A stretch of DNA of 64,000 nt, taken from contig NC_068987.1 in the NCBI RefSeq assembly GCF_001194135.2, positions 95,902,925-95,966,924 on the forward strand. The letters are read 5' to 3'. The notes beneath the pieces are model-generated. The model saw only the letters and a list, made by a program, of their open reading frames with translations, did not search any database and was not told where the DNA came from. This document shows positions 37,181 through 51,420 of the stretch, in pieces; the first letter of the stretch is position 1, and the number at the start of each line of letters is the position of its first letter. Source of the stretch: Octopus bimaculoides. Its lineage: Eukaryota. Both the position numbers and the translations under genes were made by a program.

Positions 37181-37499
37181 ACGTGTACCTTTGTCAATAT
37201 TAGGAATCACCACATTCTAAGATATGGTGAATGTCTGTTGGCACCTGGAATGTCATCAGGTGCTCACTGCCCTCTACCAGTTGAGAAATATGGTCAGTGG
37301 AAGTTCTATAATATCAATATACAGAAATATAGTGATGGGTAAGAACAATGACATTCTTAGGGAAACTCTAGGCGCTGACAAGGACGAACTCACTGTTTCA
37401 GAGGATATTTGGACCTGGTACTACTTCCAGAAATTCCTAGCATGGCAGTACTAAAATTTCTGGCCTTGTGCCCATAGTAGAAAGAAATAATAATTATTA

Positions 37500-37815
37500 T
37501 TATTGTGGCCGTTGCCAGTACCGCCTGACTGGCTCCCGTAGGATTTTCGAGTGAGATCGTTGCCAGTGCCCCTGGACTGGCTTGTGCGGGTGGCACATAA
37601 AAGACACCATTTCGAGCGTGGCCGTTTTCGTGTGGGTGACACGTAAAAGCACCCACTACACTCTCTGAATGGTTGGCGTTAGGAAGGGCATCCAGCTGTA
37701 GAAACTCTGCCAAATTAGATTGGAGCCTGGTGTTGCCATCCGGTTTCACCAGTCCTCAGTCAAATCGTCCAACCCATGCTAGCATGGAAAGCGGACGTTA
37801 AACGATGATGATGAT
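37500..37815 (+). mobile_element. RTE 3' UTR-only insertion
   Basis: Ends gcatggaaagcggacgttaaacgatgatgatg. Confidence 0.75.
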
Positions 37816-39093
37816 TATCATCATCATCGACTTTGCCTTTCATCTTTTCTGGGTCGGTAAATTAAGTACCAGTGTAATCAACTAATCCCCTCCCAAAAAA
37901 TTTCAGGCCTTGTGCCTCTATTAGAAAGGATTATCGACATCATCTTTAAAACAGTGAGCTGGCAGAATCATTAGCAAGTTGAATAAAATGCTATGCGGCT
38001 TTCCTTCTGACCCTTTATGTTCTAAGTTCAAATTCTGCTGAGGTCAATCTTGCCTTTCATCATTTTGGGGTTGATTAAATAAATACCAGTTGAGCACTGA
38101 AGACAGTGTAATCAGCTTATTCTTTCCCATAAAAATTGCCAAAATTTGAAACCATTATTATTGTTATTACTTATTTCTTTATTACCCACAAGGGGCCAAA
38201 CATAGAGGGAACAAACAAGGACAGACAAAGGGATTAAGTTGATTACATTGACCTCAGTGTGCAACTGGTACTTAATTTATCGACCCCAAAAGGATGAAAG
38301 ACAAAGTCGACCTCGGTGGAATTTGAACTCAGAGCGTAATGGCAGACAAAATACCGCTAAGCATTTCACCTGGCATGCTAACGTATCTGCCAGCTCGCTG
38401 CCTTTATTGTTATTATACTTCAATGCTAATGCCTGCAGAATAGAACTTCAAAATGTCTACTTGAAAAAACCTGCATGAGGGATAAAATATGGGAACAAAC
38501 TTAAAGATTTGACAGCAGTCTTAGCCCATAAAAATTAAACAAACCACATTTTGTTTAAGTATATATTAATCAACCCATTTGAATGGATCATCAGGTACAG
38601 TTTGGAACAGTTGGAATGTTATGATGGTAGAAATTAAATAAACAAACTTAATGGACATATTTTTTTAAGGAAGTCTTGCAAGAGAGACATTTTAATGATA
38701 GCATTATAATAAAGGAAACCTTGTTATTATGTTTCTTAGCTTTTTTTTATACTCCTCTCTCAATACCATATCAATAAGTTTCTTTACGGCCAGTCCCGTC
38801 CCCGCCACTCTCACTCCTAATATGCTATTAACTTGTACATAGACCACTACACTATGCTGTACTTCCTGTATTTACTAAAATGTCAAGCTATGTGTAAAAG
38901 CACAAAGGTTTCTGTGAAGTTATTCATATTTATTTATCAACTCATAACTTCTTATCTTTTCATCATAGTGAACTAAAATATTGAAAATCAAAATATTCAT
39001 ATATTTATTCATTATTGTTAGTACATCCATTCTGTTACTTGTTTCAGTCATTAGACTGCAGCCATGCTGGAGCACCACCTTAAAGATTTTTAG

Positions 39094-39677
39094 GGATCTT
39101 TTTTAAAACGGGGGCCACATTTTTCATTAATGTTTTACGTAGTGCTTTTGGTACCGAAAGACTTTCAAACTTCGTATACTTATCTATTTTGTGTTATAGA
39201 ACAGAAAAATATTTTTGTATTCGAATTTATTTCATGTAAAAAATTGTCTTATTTCGATAATTTCAACCAATCACTGACGTCCATTCAGCCGATATACATT
39301 AAGTGCCGACTACATAAACAAACGATTCTTCGTTTTATTTGCTTTTTTCATTTTAAATTTGCTTTAACCCTAACCCTAACCCTAACTCTAACCCTAGGGT
39401 TAGGGTTAGGGTTAGGGTTAGGGTTAGGGTTAGGGTTAATTGTTTCAGAATCGTTTGTTTATGTAGTCGGCACTTAATGTATATCGGCTGAATGGACGTC
39501 AGTGATTGGTTGAAATTACAGAAATACGACAACTTTAACATGGAATAATTTATGGATTTCTTTTTTTTTTAAGAAGACTAAGAGAAAAAGATGTTTTATA
39601 TGACACATTCTACCAGTGATCCAAGTTTCAAAGTGTTTCGTTAATGAAAAATGTGGCCCCCGTTTTAAAAAAGATCC
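39094..39677. mobile_element. MITE with GGATC termini, 8-bp TSD and palindromic telomere-repeat core
   Basis: About 36-bp TIRs; ATTTTTAG at 39086-39093 and 39678-39685; inner ~80-bp inverted repeats around (CCCTAA)n-(TTAGGG)n; inserted into a SINE. Confidence 0.9.
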
Positions 39678-39825
39678 ATTTTTAGTCGAAGAAATCAACC
39701 CCAGTACTTATTCTATCCTTCCTTTTGTTGAACTGCTAAGTTATGGGGACGTAAACACACCAACACCAGTTGTCAAGTGGAGATGGGGGACAAACACAGA
39801 TGCAAAGACACACACACACACATAC

Positions 39826-41076
39826 ATTGGGTCATCCCATAAATAATGCGTCTTTTTATACTTCTTTTATTTTTCAAAACTAAGGTAAACAAAGTTCTTT
39901 TTTAATTTAAAATATACTCTCCTTCATTTTCTACAACACTCTATCATCGATCTGGTAGACTTGCAAGGCCCTTCTTCCAAAATTCACTTGTCCATGACGA
40001 AAAATACTCCCCCAGTATTGTTCTGACCACGTCTACAGGGTTTTTTTTTTTTCTGTCTTAATAATTTTGAAGACTGCAGAATAAATGATAATCAGATGGG
40101 GCAATGTCTGGCGAATATGGTGGGTGGGGTATCATTTCCCATTCAAACTGCTTCAGCCTTTACAATGCCATCCTCGCTGTATCTGGCCAAGCATTATCCT
40201 GATGGAAGAACACCTTTCATCTTGAAACCCAAGAGGGTCATTTTCCTTCTAGTGCTGACTTAAGCCACTCAAGCTGCTCACAGTAGATCTCCTTTGTCAT
40301 CGTTTGGTTTTGGTTTAAAAGTTCAAAATAGACTAAACCTTTCATATCCCACCAAACAGATGACAACACCTTACGCGGGTAAGATCTTCTTTAGCCTGGG
40401 GTGCCTATGTTTCTCCTTTCCCTACCCACTGTCTTCAGCGCTTGACATTTTTATGGAGAACCCATTTCTCATCATAAGTTACTATCTGGTCCAAAAAATG
40501 GTTCATTTGTGAGACGTGACAACAAAGAAGAGTGCACACATTCTCTCTCTGTGCACAATGAGACTCAGAAAGTTTATTAGGAACCCACTGACCCAATTTG
40601 CTGATGGTATGCAGGTGTTGATGAATGGTTGAATTACCAAATCCAAGCTTCTCTGCTAGTTTCTCAACAATTACAATATGATTTTGTTTCACCAAGGTTT
40701 GCAGGATGTCCTTGTTGAGCTCTAAAGATCTTCCAGGATAAGGTTCGTCGTCTTGGTTGTAGTTTTCAGCTTAGAATTTCTGGAACCACTGGCTTATGCT
40801 TATTGTCTGATCCCCATATACTGCATTAATATTCCTCACACTTTCCGTTGCATTGTTGTCTTAATTGAATTCATTAAGCAAAATATGTTGAATATGGTTC
40901 TTTGTCACTTCCATTATAGCTTTGAAAAAATAACTGTTAAAATCAAACTGCACTCTTCAAAACTTGCACTATAAGTAGAACATAAAATTACTACCTGCTT
41001 TTATAGAAAGTTAATGCAGGTAGTTTATCCCATCCTCTTCCAACTTTTAGTTCATGCAATTGAAAAAAGAAAACAC
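39826..41076 (-). mobile_element. Decayed mariner transposon
   Basis: ATG at 40914 (MEVTKNHIQHILL), GQWVP and IVTYDEKWVL motifs, C-terminal EGEYILN* near 39903, TIR-like attgggtcatcccataaataatgcg at about 39826; many stops. Confidence 0.85.
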
Positions 41077-42862
41077 TTCACTTGCCCAAGGTGCTATGCA
41101 GTGGGACTGAACCAGGAACTATGTGGTTGGGAAGCAGGCTTCTTACCACACAGCCATGCCAGTCTATTTTCATTATAAATTCAAATCTTACTGATGAAGA
41201 CCATGTGTTTCTCATCATTCTGGGCTTAATCAAATAAAGTATCAGTCAGGTACTGGTGAAAGGTGAGTGTGATAAGAAATAACAATATAACTACAGGGAG
41301 TGGGGTAGGTCAGTAAGATAAAGTATCGGTACCGGTACCGTGTTAACAAAAGGAGAAATATTGGTAGATATCAGACAAAATGCTTCATGATGTAAGTTAT
41401 ATTTTCAATATAAATCCTGCTAGGGTCAACTTTGCTGTTCATCTTTCTAAGGTTAATAAAATAAAGTAAAAGTCATGTAAAAATGTCAATAGATTTGATT
41501 AAGACTCTATTTCAAAATCGTTAGTTTTGTGCCTCAATTAGAAACAAATGGCAGTAATTGACAGAATCGTTAAGGTGTCAAAAATGCTTTGTAGTATTTG
41601 TTCTGGCATTTTATGCTCTGAGTTCAAATCCTGCTGAGACCAACTTTACCTTTCACCCCACTTGGGCTTTAAATGAAGTACTAGTAAAGTACTGGGATTG
41701 ATATAATCGACTAACACCCTTACACTAGAATTTTAGGAGTTGTGACTACATTAAGAATAATATTAAATGGGAGTATAATTTCTAACTCAGACACAAGGTC
41801 TACACATTTTTAGGGCTGAAATAAGTTGATTACAGAACCAGTAGGGCACTGGGGTCAATGTGATCAACTTAACTACTCTTGGGTAAGAGTATAAAAACTG
41901 TACCCCTCTGCCAAGCCATGTTGAGCCAGTGTGACAGGGTAGGCTCATCAAACGAGTATGATCTCAAGCCAGTCTCTGGTGGAGGGGGACATGCTGAAGC
42001 CTTAGTCCTGCAGTGGACTGAACATGGGCAATCCAATACAATCCCTAATGATGTCAGTACTTGACTGGTTTTTTATTTTATTAACCCTGGAAGGATGAAA
42101 GGCAAAGTTGATCTGAGCAAGATTTGAACATATAACAACAATGATGGTGGTGGAGGTAACCAATAAAAACAGCCCAATTACTTGACCACCTGACTGTCCA
42201 TCTGTCCATCCATCCATCAATCCATCCAATGTGCTATAGCAGCCATGAAGGGCTGTTGATATCTTGGAATTGCAACCAGGGTTGTGGAGTAGAAACAAAA
42301 AACTTTGACTCTGACTCCTCTATTATTGGCACCTCCGACTCTGACTCCTCTTTATGCAATTAAGTGATTGTGGTCAACACATTTAATAAAGCATATGCAT
42401 ACGCTTGTACTTTGAGTAGGCCTATATGTTATAACTGGTTTATATTAAAGAATAAAGATATTGTGAGTCAGAGTCGGTATAGTTTTACCGACTCCAAATC
42501 CAGTTACCCCTTAATTGTTTCCAACTCTGACTCCACATCCCCGATTGCAGCATTGGGGCAAATAGTATGTAAGGTACCACTCTGCAGAAGATACAACTCA
42601 TTTTCAGCTGAGTGGACTGGAGTGATATGAAATGAGAATGAAATACCTTGCCCAAGGAGACAATGCACCACCAAGACCAAGGATCAAACCCCAGACCTTA
42701 CAATCATGAGTTTAACAGCTTAATCCTTAAGCCACGTGCCTTCAAATCTTGATTAGTACTTATTCCGTCAACTCCATAAGGCTGAAAGACAAAGTCAACC
42801 TCAGCAGAACTCAAACTCATAATGTATATAGGACTACATTATCTCATGTGACCTTCCCTTAT

Positions 42863-43090
42863 TTAACCCTTTAGCATTTAACCCGACCACTTCCAGCCCA
42901 AATATTTTACATGTTTTATGTTCAAACTGGCCAGATCTGGCCTCTCACACCTAACCTACAATGTCATTCTAAAAATAAACAATTACATCATCGAAATCTT
43001 GAAGCTACAAGATAATACATGATTAATTTAAAACAATGGGAATAAATAAGCATCACATTTGACAGATTAATGTGGATGCTAAAGGGTTGA
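42863..43090 (-). mobile_element. piggyBac-type MITE
   Basis: ttaaccctttagcattt...gatgctaaagggttga. Confidence 0.75.
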
Positions 43091-43511
43091 GACAGAGCTA
43101 TTTTCAGCAACTTGAACGTTTCACATTGAGACTTCTTTGACTGATGGTAGAGATGTTGTTGTTGCTGTTGGGGTTGCTTTACAAATATTTCAGCATAATA
43201 TATTAAATGTCATAATATTTATTTATGAAAATGTTATTTTTGAATATCTTACATAACTATTTTCTTAAGGCTTCATGTCTATTTGCAAAAACATTATTGG
43301 TAATTCATATGTTATAAATATATATATCATTATTATTATTTTATGTTTGACTTTTACTTTGCATTTGTACAAGTTGGATCCAAGTCTCACCCAGAGACCT
43401 CAAGAGACAACAAGTTAGAAGTTCATGTAGGTGTTATGCCTAGGGTACCATATATTTGGATTTATACAGTGTTGTTCTAGAGAATGTTTAAGAAACCATA
43501 AGAAAATTGTG

Positions 43512-43548
<37 letters not shown>

Positions 43549-45319
43549 CTTTATCATCATTGTACTATTATTATTACATCCATGGCTCAATAAGTAACTA
43601 GTTTAGGTTATTGGGGATTGTGTATGTGTGTGTATGTGTGTGAGAGAGAGAGTTCTCTATGTGTCCCAATGCTAACTCTGTATGGGCCAGCAAGCTAACT
43701 CAGACTTGGGATAGGCAAAACCAGTAGAGCATAAGATAAAATAAATCCTTTCTTTATATTTTTTTTTATCATGCTTCTATGAGATCAAGGCCGACTCCAT
43801 CCCCACACCTCACAAACCAAACAACAACAACAACATCACTAATAGGAACAATAGCAATGACATCAGCAGAGACAACATTAACAGAAACAACATTACTCAT
43901 TTCTAAAACAAGCCTCCGACTCCACCACACTGCAGTATGTAATATACCAACCCACCTGCAGTGTAAGAGGGGAGATATTTAGGAAAGCATGTGTGAGTGT
44001 ATGTGTGTCAAAGGTGTATATGACATATGGGCTGCAAAATTCTGTGCAGGGTGGGGGGATTTTATTTATAAACTGTACCTAGAAATTGTAGACCTGGTAC
44101 AAGTTAAGATATCACACTCACTAACTCCTCTGCAAGACAACTCAACAATCAGGTTTTCATCTCCCCCTCACTCCCTCTCCTCCAGTTAGATTCCCCTAAT
44201 GAGTGAAGACAGCATGACTGTCACAACATCATATGCCATTTCCTCTGACTTTTCTTTAAATCAATAGAGTTAATTACTCATTTGGTGAAGATTTCAAGCA
44301 ACTGGTTACTTATTTCATTTGTGTGTGTGATGTACAGGATATATAGATACACAGCTGGTCAGTGTGAATAGTTGCAAAGGGTTAGAGACAGTTAAGCTAG
44401 AGAGATGGGGGAAGGAGGGGGATAAACAGGCAAACAATGAGAAAGAAAAAGGAAGAGTAAGAGACAGACAAGGATAAGAAAGGTTGACATATAAGGAGAG
44501 AGAGAGTGGATAAACAGACAATAAGAGGGATAGACAAGCAGACAATGATGGTTAGATACATAAAGAGAAAGAGAGGAAGAGAGAATGATAAGAAGAGAGA
44601 CAAGCAGAGAATAAGTGAGATAGACAAACAAGGATAGAAAAAGAAAAATACAAGGACAGAGAGAGAAAGAGAGAGAGAAAAAAAGAAAGACGAGAGAAAC
44701 AAAGTGAGATACAGAAACAGTTTAGCAGATTCATCTCTCAGTGTTACAGAGTTGTTTTGCCAAAAGCTTCAAAGTTTTCAACACTAAGTATCTATGGATA
44801 GTTCAGAGGGGTCAGGATTATGTCAGACAGATATCCTGGTGGGAAGGCAAGGGGCACTTTAATGTCATTGTAACCTATGACATTGGACACTTTTCAGAAG
44901 CAAGGCTACCTAGGTATCTGTCACCTAAACATCTGTGGTTGGTCAAGTTTAAGTCTGACACTAGTGGCTATGGCATCTATTGGAGACAGTGGCAACAATT
45001 CCAAAGTTTTTTTTTTTCAGCAGAGATACATGTAAACAGGACCATTTTCAACAAAGTCTGTGTATGTGTGCGTGTGTGTGTTTGTCTGTCTGTCTATGTC
45101 TTCAAGTATATTCCTCTGTATGTGTCTGACTGTCTAACTCTATCTCTTTCTTTCTCTCTCTCACGCACACACACACACGCATTCCCCTCCCACACATGAA
45201 GAAATATTTGGAAGTTGATACAAGTTGTAGTCAAATCCGGAAGTTGATACTCTAGAAGGGAGGACTGTAACTTGTCCAGAAATCAATGTTTGAAAGCAGC
45301 AAAATGATACATATATAAA

Positions 45320-45580
45320 TCATCATCACCATCATGTTTCAACGTCTGCTTTCCATGCTGGACTGTTTGATTGAGGACTGGCAAGCCAGGAGGCTGCACC
45401 GGGCTCCAATCTGATCTGGCAAGGTTTCTACAGCTGGATGCCCTTCCTAATGCCAACCACTCCAAGAGTGTAGTGGATGCTTTTTATGTGCCACCGGCAC
45501 GGGGGCCAATCAGATGGCACTGGCAACGACCATGCTTGAATGGTGCTTTTTATGTGCCACCAGCACAGGACCAGTCAGGG
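45320..45580 (-). mobile_element. RTE 3' UTR-only insertion
   Basis: Same family sequence. Confidence 0.72.
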
Positions 45581-45655
45581 GGCAATATAGAATTTTCTAC
45601 CTTGTCCTATTTTCCTTGTACATATCAACTCGTGTGTTACTCTTCAGCCTTCTAC

Positions 45656-45693
<38 letters not shown>

Positions 45694-46039
45694 TTTCTTG
45701 TAATTTTCACAGTCCTTGTTGCGATGTGGTGGCTTGTGTCCCTTAAAGACCCAGAAACAAGCTCCTAGTAAAGCCTCTCATGCTGAATGGGTCAAAGGTC
45801 AGTGACCGGACTAATATGGGCCACATTTTCCCAAATGTAAAAATGGGCCAACATCCCTACCTAGAAGAAGGCAAGATTACTGAAGCATCAGTGATGGTTC
45901 AAAACCAACAAGACCAGAGAGAGGATGGCATTTGGTGCTGCACAATCTGAAAGGAAACCATGAAGCTGACTGTCCTTCTGACCACCAGAAAAACAGCCCA
46001 GAGTCAAAAACATGGAGAAAAGTTGCCAATGGTGCAGGC

Positions 46040-46440
46040 ATAGCTCTGTGATAAGAAGCTTGCTTCCCAACAACATGGTTCCAGATTCAGTCCCACAGCA
46101 TGGCATCTGTGGCGTCTTTTACTATAGCTTCAGGTTGATCAAAGCCTTGTGAGTGGATTTGCTAGATGGAAACTGAAGGAAACCCATCATGTGTGTATGT
46201 ATGTATATGTGTGTGTGTGTGTGTGTGTCTTTGTGTCTGTGTTTGTCCCCTCATCTCCACTTGATAACCAGTGTTGGTGTGTTTGGGTCCCCGTAACCTA
46301 GCAGTTCAGCAAAAGACCCCGATAGAATAAGTACTAGGTTTAAAAAATCAGTTGTGGGGTCGATTTGTTCGACTAAAGCCCTTCAAGGCAGTGCTCCAGC
46401 ATGGCCACAGTCAAATGACTGAAACAAGTAAAAGAATAAA
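46040..46440 (+). mobile_element. SINE family A
   Basis: Same consensus. Confidence 0.8.
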
Positions 46441-47779
46441 TGAAGAAACGTCCAATGCTCCACTGGAAGGCAAAGGGCTTAAGTAAGCAATTAACATCTT
46501 AGCTGTAATGACAATTGGAGGGGAGCAACCAATTCTACAATGTCCTTCTGGACTGGCCATTCAACCTGCTAGAAGCAGTAGCTTATTTCCCTTAAATCAC
46601 ATGCTACTGTCTTTAATAAGGACATTTTACATTGCATAAAATGATAGGTCATGACTGGAATTACTTCTGATTACAGGTTGCCTGGATTGGAGCTGACCTG
46701 GGGGTAAACAATAAACTGCTGCAACTACTGTTGCTGCTACTACCCCTAATTCTTCATCTTCCAAAATCATTCTACTCTAAATTTCAAGATTATTCTGACC
46801 TAGTTTTCTAGATATAGGAACAATGCAACTAGACTGTAGTTGACTAGTTTAGGCGTATGGGGAGAGTGAGGGAGATGACCCACAAAAGGTAACATTTGAA
46901 ATAACAATTTGATGCTTAGTTACACATTTTTCAGATGTGTATGTGTGTACATACGAGTATGCATGTATGTGAGAATAAAAATGTGTGAAGCTTTTATCAC
47001 TGCCCAGTACTATTTTTGCTACACCCTCTCAATCACTTTCCACCTGTCAGCCAGCAAAGAAGCCTCTGCTGGCTTAAAAAGAAAAAGGACACACTGAATA
47101 ATGTAGTCCTAATAAGAAGGGCACATAAGATAATTTAGTTGTACAGATAAAACATAGTGGCTCCAGTTGGCTCCAGTGTTTTTGATCAAGGTCTTCTAAA
47201 CAATAGCAACAAAGCTAGATATAAAAACAATACAGATAAGATTAGAGAAAATACTGCAGCTATACTCACCTCATCAGCCTAACCTCACCACCAAAACCAC
47301 ATACACCACCTTGCTAATTAAAGTTACATCATTTTCTATTCTACACAAGCAAACATCCCACCCCCACTAACTCTCCATCTACCAACTATGGAAATCACCA
47401 GTTTAAAATTAAAAAAACGAAAACTTATTCAAGAGAGAAGGGAATGAGATTATGTGATGTTCAATCAGTTCTCAAATTTACTGACTGTAAAAAGGGGACA
47501 AAATGGTGATCACTAGTGGAGAGTACAAAATTGTGGGGACTGGAATTGTCCCAAAGTTAAAGTGGGCAGGGTCACATGCTGGGTCAATTAATCATAATTG
47601 TTTGTTAATTAAGTTTTACTTAGTCCTTTACTAAACTGAAAGCTGTACTTGTTTGCATATCTGAATTAATATGCAAATTAGTTTTATGTTTAACTAACCG
47701 TCACCATCATCATCATCATTACAATATGCACACAACAACAAACAAAACAAAATCACTTTTCAACAAAACTGATGTACAG

Positions 47780-48050
47780 TGCGATGCAAAATTCATTTTC
47801 CATTCTAGATTTGTCTGCACCTAACCTCTTCCCCACCTCATCCGACGCTACTGGAATTATCTTAAAGAAAGATTCTATGTAAACAAGCTGCAAATACTCC
47901 AGAAACTGAAGAATAACATTCTAAAAGCAATTAGAATACTGGAACCAGATACATTATTATGAGATGTGTTGGAACACTGCCTAAAAAGGATTCAACTATA
48001 TGAAACTGAAAATGGAAGGCATTTGAGTAATGGTTATATTTCGCAATAAA
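47780..48050 (+). mobile_element. Tc1/mariner-superfamily transposase C-terminal remnant
   Basis: WNYLKERFYVNKLQILQKLKNNILKAIRILEPDTL...KRIQLYETENGRHL resembles the post-catalytic C-terminus of Tc1/maT-type transposases. Confidence 0.55.
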
Positions 48051-48172
48051 TTCAAACTAACTTCAAGTCTAAAATAAATATATCTAACTAGAAAATGTCT
48101 TTACTTTATAATTAGAAAATTTAGTTTTAAAATGGAAAGTAGCTTTTGCACTTCCCTGTAGAAACTACCTTC

Positions 48173-48174
<2 letters not shown>

Positions 48175-48215
<41 letters not shown>

Positions 48216-48450
48216 TGTTTAACATCCACTTTCCTTGATGGCATGAGTTAGATGGTTTGACTGAGGCCTGATAAGCCAGGAGGCTGCACCAGGCTCCAAT
48301 CTGATCTGACAAGGTTTCTACAGCTGGATGCCCTTCCTAACACCTACCACTCCAAGTGTAGTGGGTGCTCTTTATGCGCCACCAGCACGGGGGCCAGTCA
48401 GGCAGCACTGGCATTGACCACACTTGAATGGTGCTTTTTACATGCCACAA
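48175..48450 (-). mobile_element. RTE 3' UTR-only insertion
   Basis: Same family sequence with long (CAT)n. Confidence 0.72.
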
Positions 48451-48677
48451 AAAAAAAAAAAAATGGAAGCATATTCCATCCTCACTTACACTGCTCTTAA
48501 CAGCCAATCTGATATCAACTAGAGACAACATTAACCCTCTAATAAGAGCAGTCAAATAGTTGAGAACCCACAATGCAAGCGGCTGATCTATCAGCTGCCA
48601 AATGTCCTTGTGTATAAACAAGTCACCTAACTACCAGGCCAGTCAAAGCCTATGTTTCATATGGCCTATGGTTCATA

Positions 48678-49070
48678 AAGTGGAGGCGCAATGGCCCAGT
48701 AGTTAGGGCAGCGGACTCGCAATCCTATGACCGCGGTTTCGATTCCCAGACCGGGCGTTGTGAGTGTTTTTTGAGCGAAAATACCTAAAGCTCCACGAGG
48801 CTCCGGCAGGGGATGGTGGCGAACCCTGCTGTACTCTTTCACCACAACTTTCTCTCGCTCTTACTTCCTGTTTCTGTTGTGCCTGTAATTCAAAGGGTCA
48901 GCCTTGTCACACTGTGCCACGCTGAATATCCCCGAGAACTACGTTAAGGGTACACGTGTCTGTGGAGTGCTCAGCCACTTGCACGTTAATTTCACGAGCA
49001 GGCTGTTCTGTTGATCGGATCAACTGGAACCCTCGACGCCGTAAGCGATGGAGTGCCAACAACAACAACA
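48678..49070 (+). mobile_element. tRNA-derived SINE (family B), full length
   Basis: tRNA-like head, (AAC)n tail, 10-bp TSD ATGGTTCATA (48668-48677 / 49071-49080). Confidence 0.9.
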
Positions 49071-49349
49071 ATGGTTCATACACCAGTATGTCTGTATGAA
49101 CTGTTTTGATTTTTGTAGTTCCAAATCACCAAAAATGGTCCACTTATTGAGTTGTAGCCCAAATTTTAGATTCTAGTAAGTGAACAGGGGGATAATTATA
49201 GTAATGATAGTGATTTTGAAAGCAAAAATGGGCTAGAACAGGATGATATGAGTGTATAGAGCAGTGTAGTCCATATTATTGAGTTAGATAATGATAAATG
49301 AGGAGTCTCAATAAATGAAATGAACCCACCATCTTGGTGATGGTGCTAC

Positions 49350-50150
49350 CCAAAAGAATACAGACAGACCTCCCCCAATCAACCAGATGGATTAGGGCTA
49401 CAAATATGTGTTTTCATGGGAAAAAAGACTTACTGACACAAAAGAATTCTTTTTAAAAAAAATCAGTAAGATTTGGTCCAGAAACTCAGTGTAGATATCA
49501 TGCAATACCCACGAAATTGGCAAGGAGGGGGTTAATCACAACACAACTGAAATCATAGCAACACAGCATGAAGTAACTAAAAGAAATAAACAAAATAAAC
49601 AAAAAAAAATGTAAAAAAAAAAACACTAGCAAACATTGGTATCCAATAGAAACCACAGAGCAAGAGCAAGTAGCAAAATTGTATACAAACTAATTAACAG
49701 TATCAATAAATCTAACAATGGTCATACTAATTCATGCTTTACAATAATGACTGCAAGTAACATACTCGCACGCAATAGCAATCAAATTCCCTTGTCAAAC
49801 AATTTTTAAAACCATCTATCAAAAACTACACAAACACAAAAGTTAAACAATGCATCTTTCACCTAGATCATGACTTTGACCCCATCCTTCTGTTAGACAA
49901 CAGAAAATCTGTATAAAGACATTGTAAAGCCCCAAAATCTCAAGGCCCGGCAATATTACAAATGCACATCTACAACGCCAAGGGCCAGAAGAAATTAGTG
50001 AACTCACCAATATCTTCAAGTTCTCATTTCAAAAAGTAATTGAGAAATCTGAAACTGCAGAAGCTTAAGGGCTCGACAAAAGCACAACCATACCAAAAAC
50101 ACGTAAAACCTGAAGAAATCACTGCACTGTCCAATATCTCTCAGCTGTTG
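49350..50150 (+). mobile_element. Degenerate Jockey/I-like LINE, start of RT
   Basis: GP-NITNAHLQRQGPEEISELTNIFKFS resembles the GPD.I....LK...L..IFN region; heavily frameshifted. Confidence 0.45.
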
Positions 50151-50402
50151 TGAGTTAGCAGCAGTGAAAAAATTTCCTTCTTATACACCATGTCTTTAGA
50201 TATACAAAAGTTTAAAAAATGTAATTTAAGATGATGACGGCCTTAGGGCCAAAAAGACAACGATGGTGGGAAACACTTAGAAGAAAGGATATGGAAATAG
50301 CAAGACAGAGAAATTTTTTACAATCCAACAGCTGGGCAGCTGGTGTGAAAAAGAGAGAGAAGGAAAGAAAGCTGACCCCAGGTCATGTGTCAGCAACAGG
50401 TT

Positions 50403-50404
<2 letters not shown>

Positions 50405-50485
<81 letters not shown>
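50405..50485. repeat. (GA)n microsatellite
   Basis: Direct reading. Confidence 0.95.
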
Positions 50486-50488
<3 letters not shown>

Positions 50489-51420
50489 TGAGGGAAGAAA
50501 TGAAGGAGGATAGAGGAAGGAGAAAGGCTACAAATACAAGTGACAAGGCAAGAGAGAAAAAAGGGGGAAATGGACACGCTAGAAATAGAAGTAAAAGGGC
50601 GACAGACAAAAGGAGAAAGAGTGTATATTCTGTGTGACTCTAATCTTGCTTTCACTCTTTCTCCTTTTCTCTCTTGCCCTCTTCCATTTCTAGCCTGTCC
50701 ACTCCCCCCCCCCTTTTTTTCCCCTCTCTTTTGCAGATTCCTAGATGTGTTGTTTTTACATACTAAATTTGCTTGGTAAGGTGGGGTTAATGGGCAATGT
50801 AATCTGAAAGCTTTGTTGATGTAATTGGTTGTTAGAACGGTGCAGGTAGGGTGTTTTTTGCTGTTGAAACCATTACGTATTTTTGTGTAATATTTGTAAA
50901 CAGTGTGGGAGGTGAATGCAATGATTATTACTGAATGTAGCCCTCTTTCCATTTCGTTTACTGCTGAGTAGAAATCTCTCTTCATTTCATGTTGTTCCAG
51001 TCCACTCATCTGTAGAAATGAATTTAGCCTGGAGAGGGATGGGCTCCGCCAGGCTTTCTGCCCTGGATATGCAGCATGGCTGTAGCGCCCTAACAACCCC
51101 ACAAGGGATTAACGAACTTGTCAAATTGTCATTGGGTAGAGAGAAAGAGAGAGTGTTTGTGTCTGTTAAATTCTGGTATCTGTTCTTTTCGAGAATTCTA
51201 ATTTTGAATCATTTCAGAATCTATTGTTTTTTTTTNNNNNNNNNNNNNNNNNNNNNNNNNNNNNNNNNNNNNNNNNNNNNNNNNNNNNNNNNNNNNNNNN
51301 NNNNNNNNNNNNNNNNNNNNNNNNNNNNNNNNNNNNNNNNNNNNNNNNNNNNNNNNNNNNNNNNNNNNNNNNNNNNNNNNNNNNNNNNNNNNNNNNNNNN
51401 NNNNNNNNNNNNGGGGGGGG

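Noticed and set aside
39364-39439. Ancient telomere-telomere chromosome fusion site
   Set aside because: Repeat polarity is opposite to a fusion, and it lies inside a TSD-flanked element with a second copy at 62846-62886.
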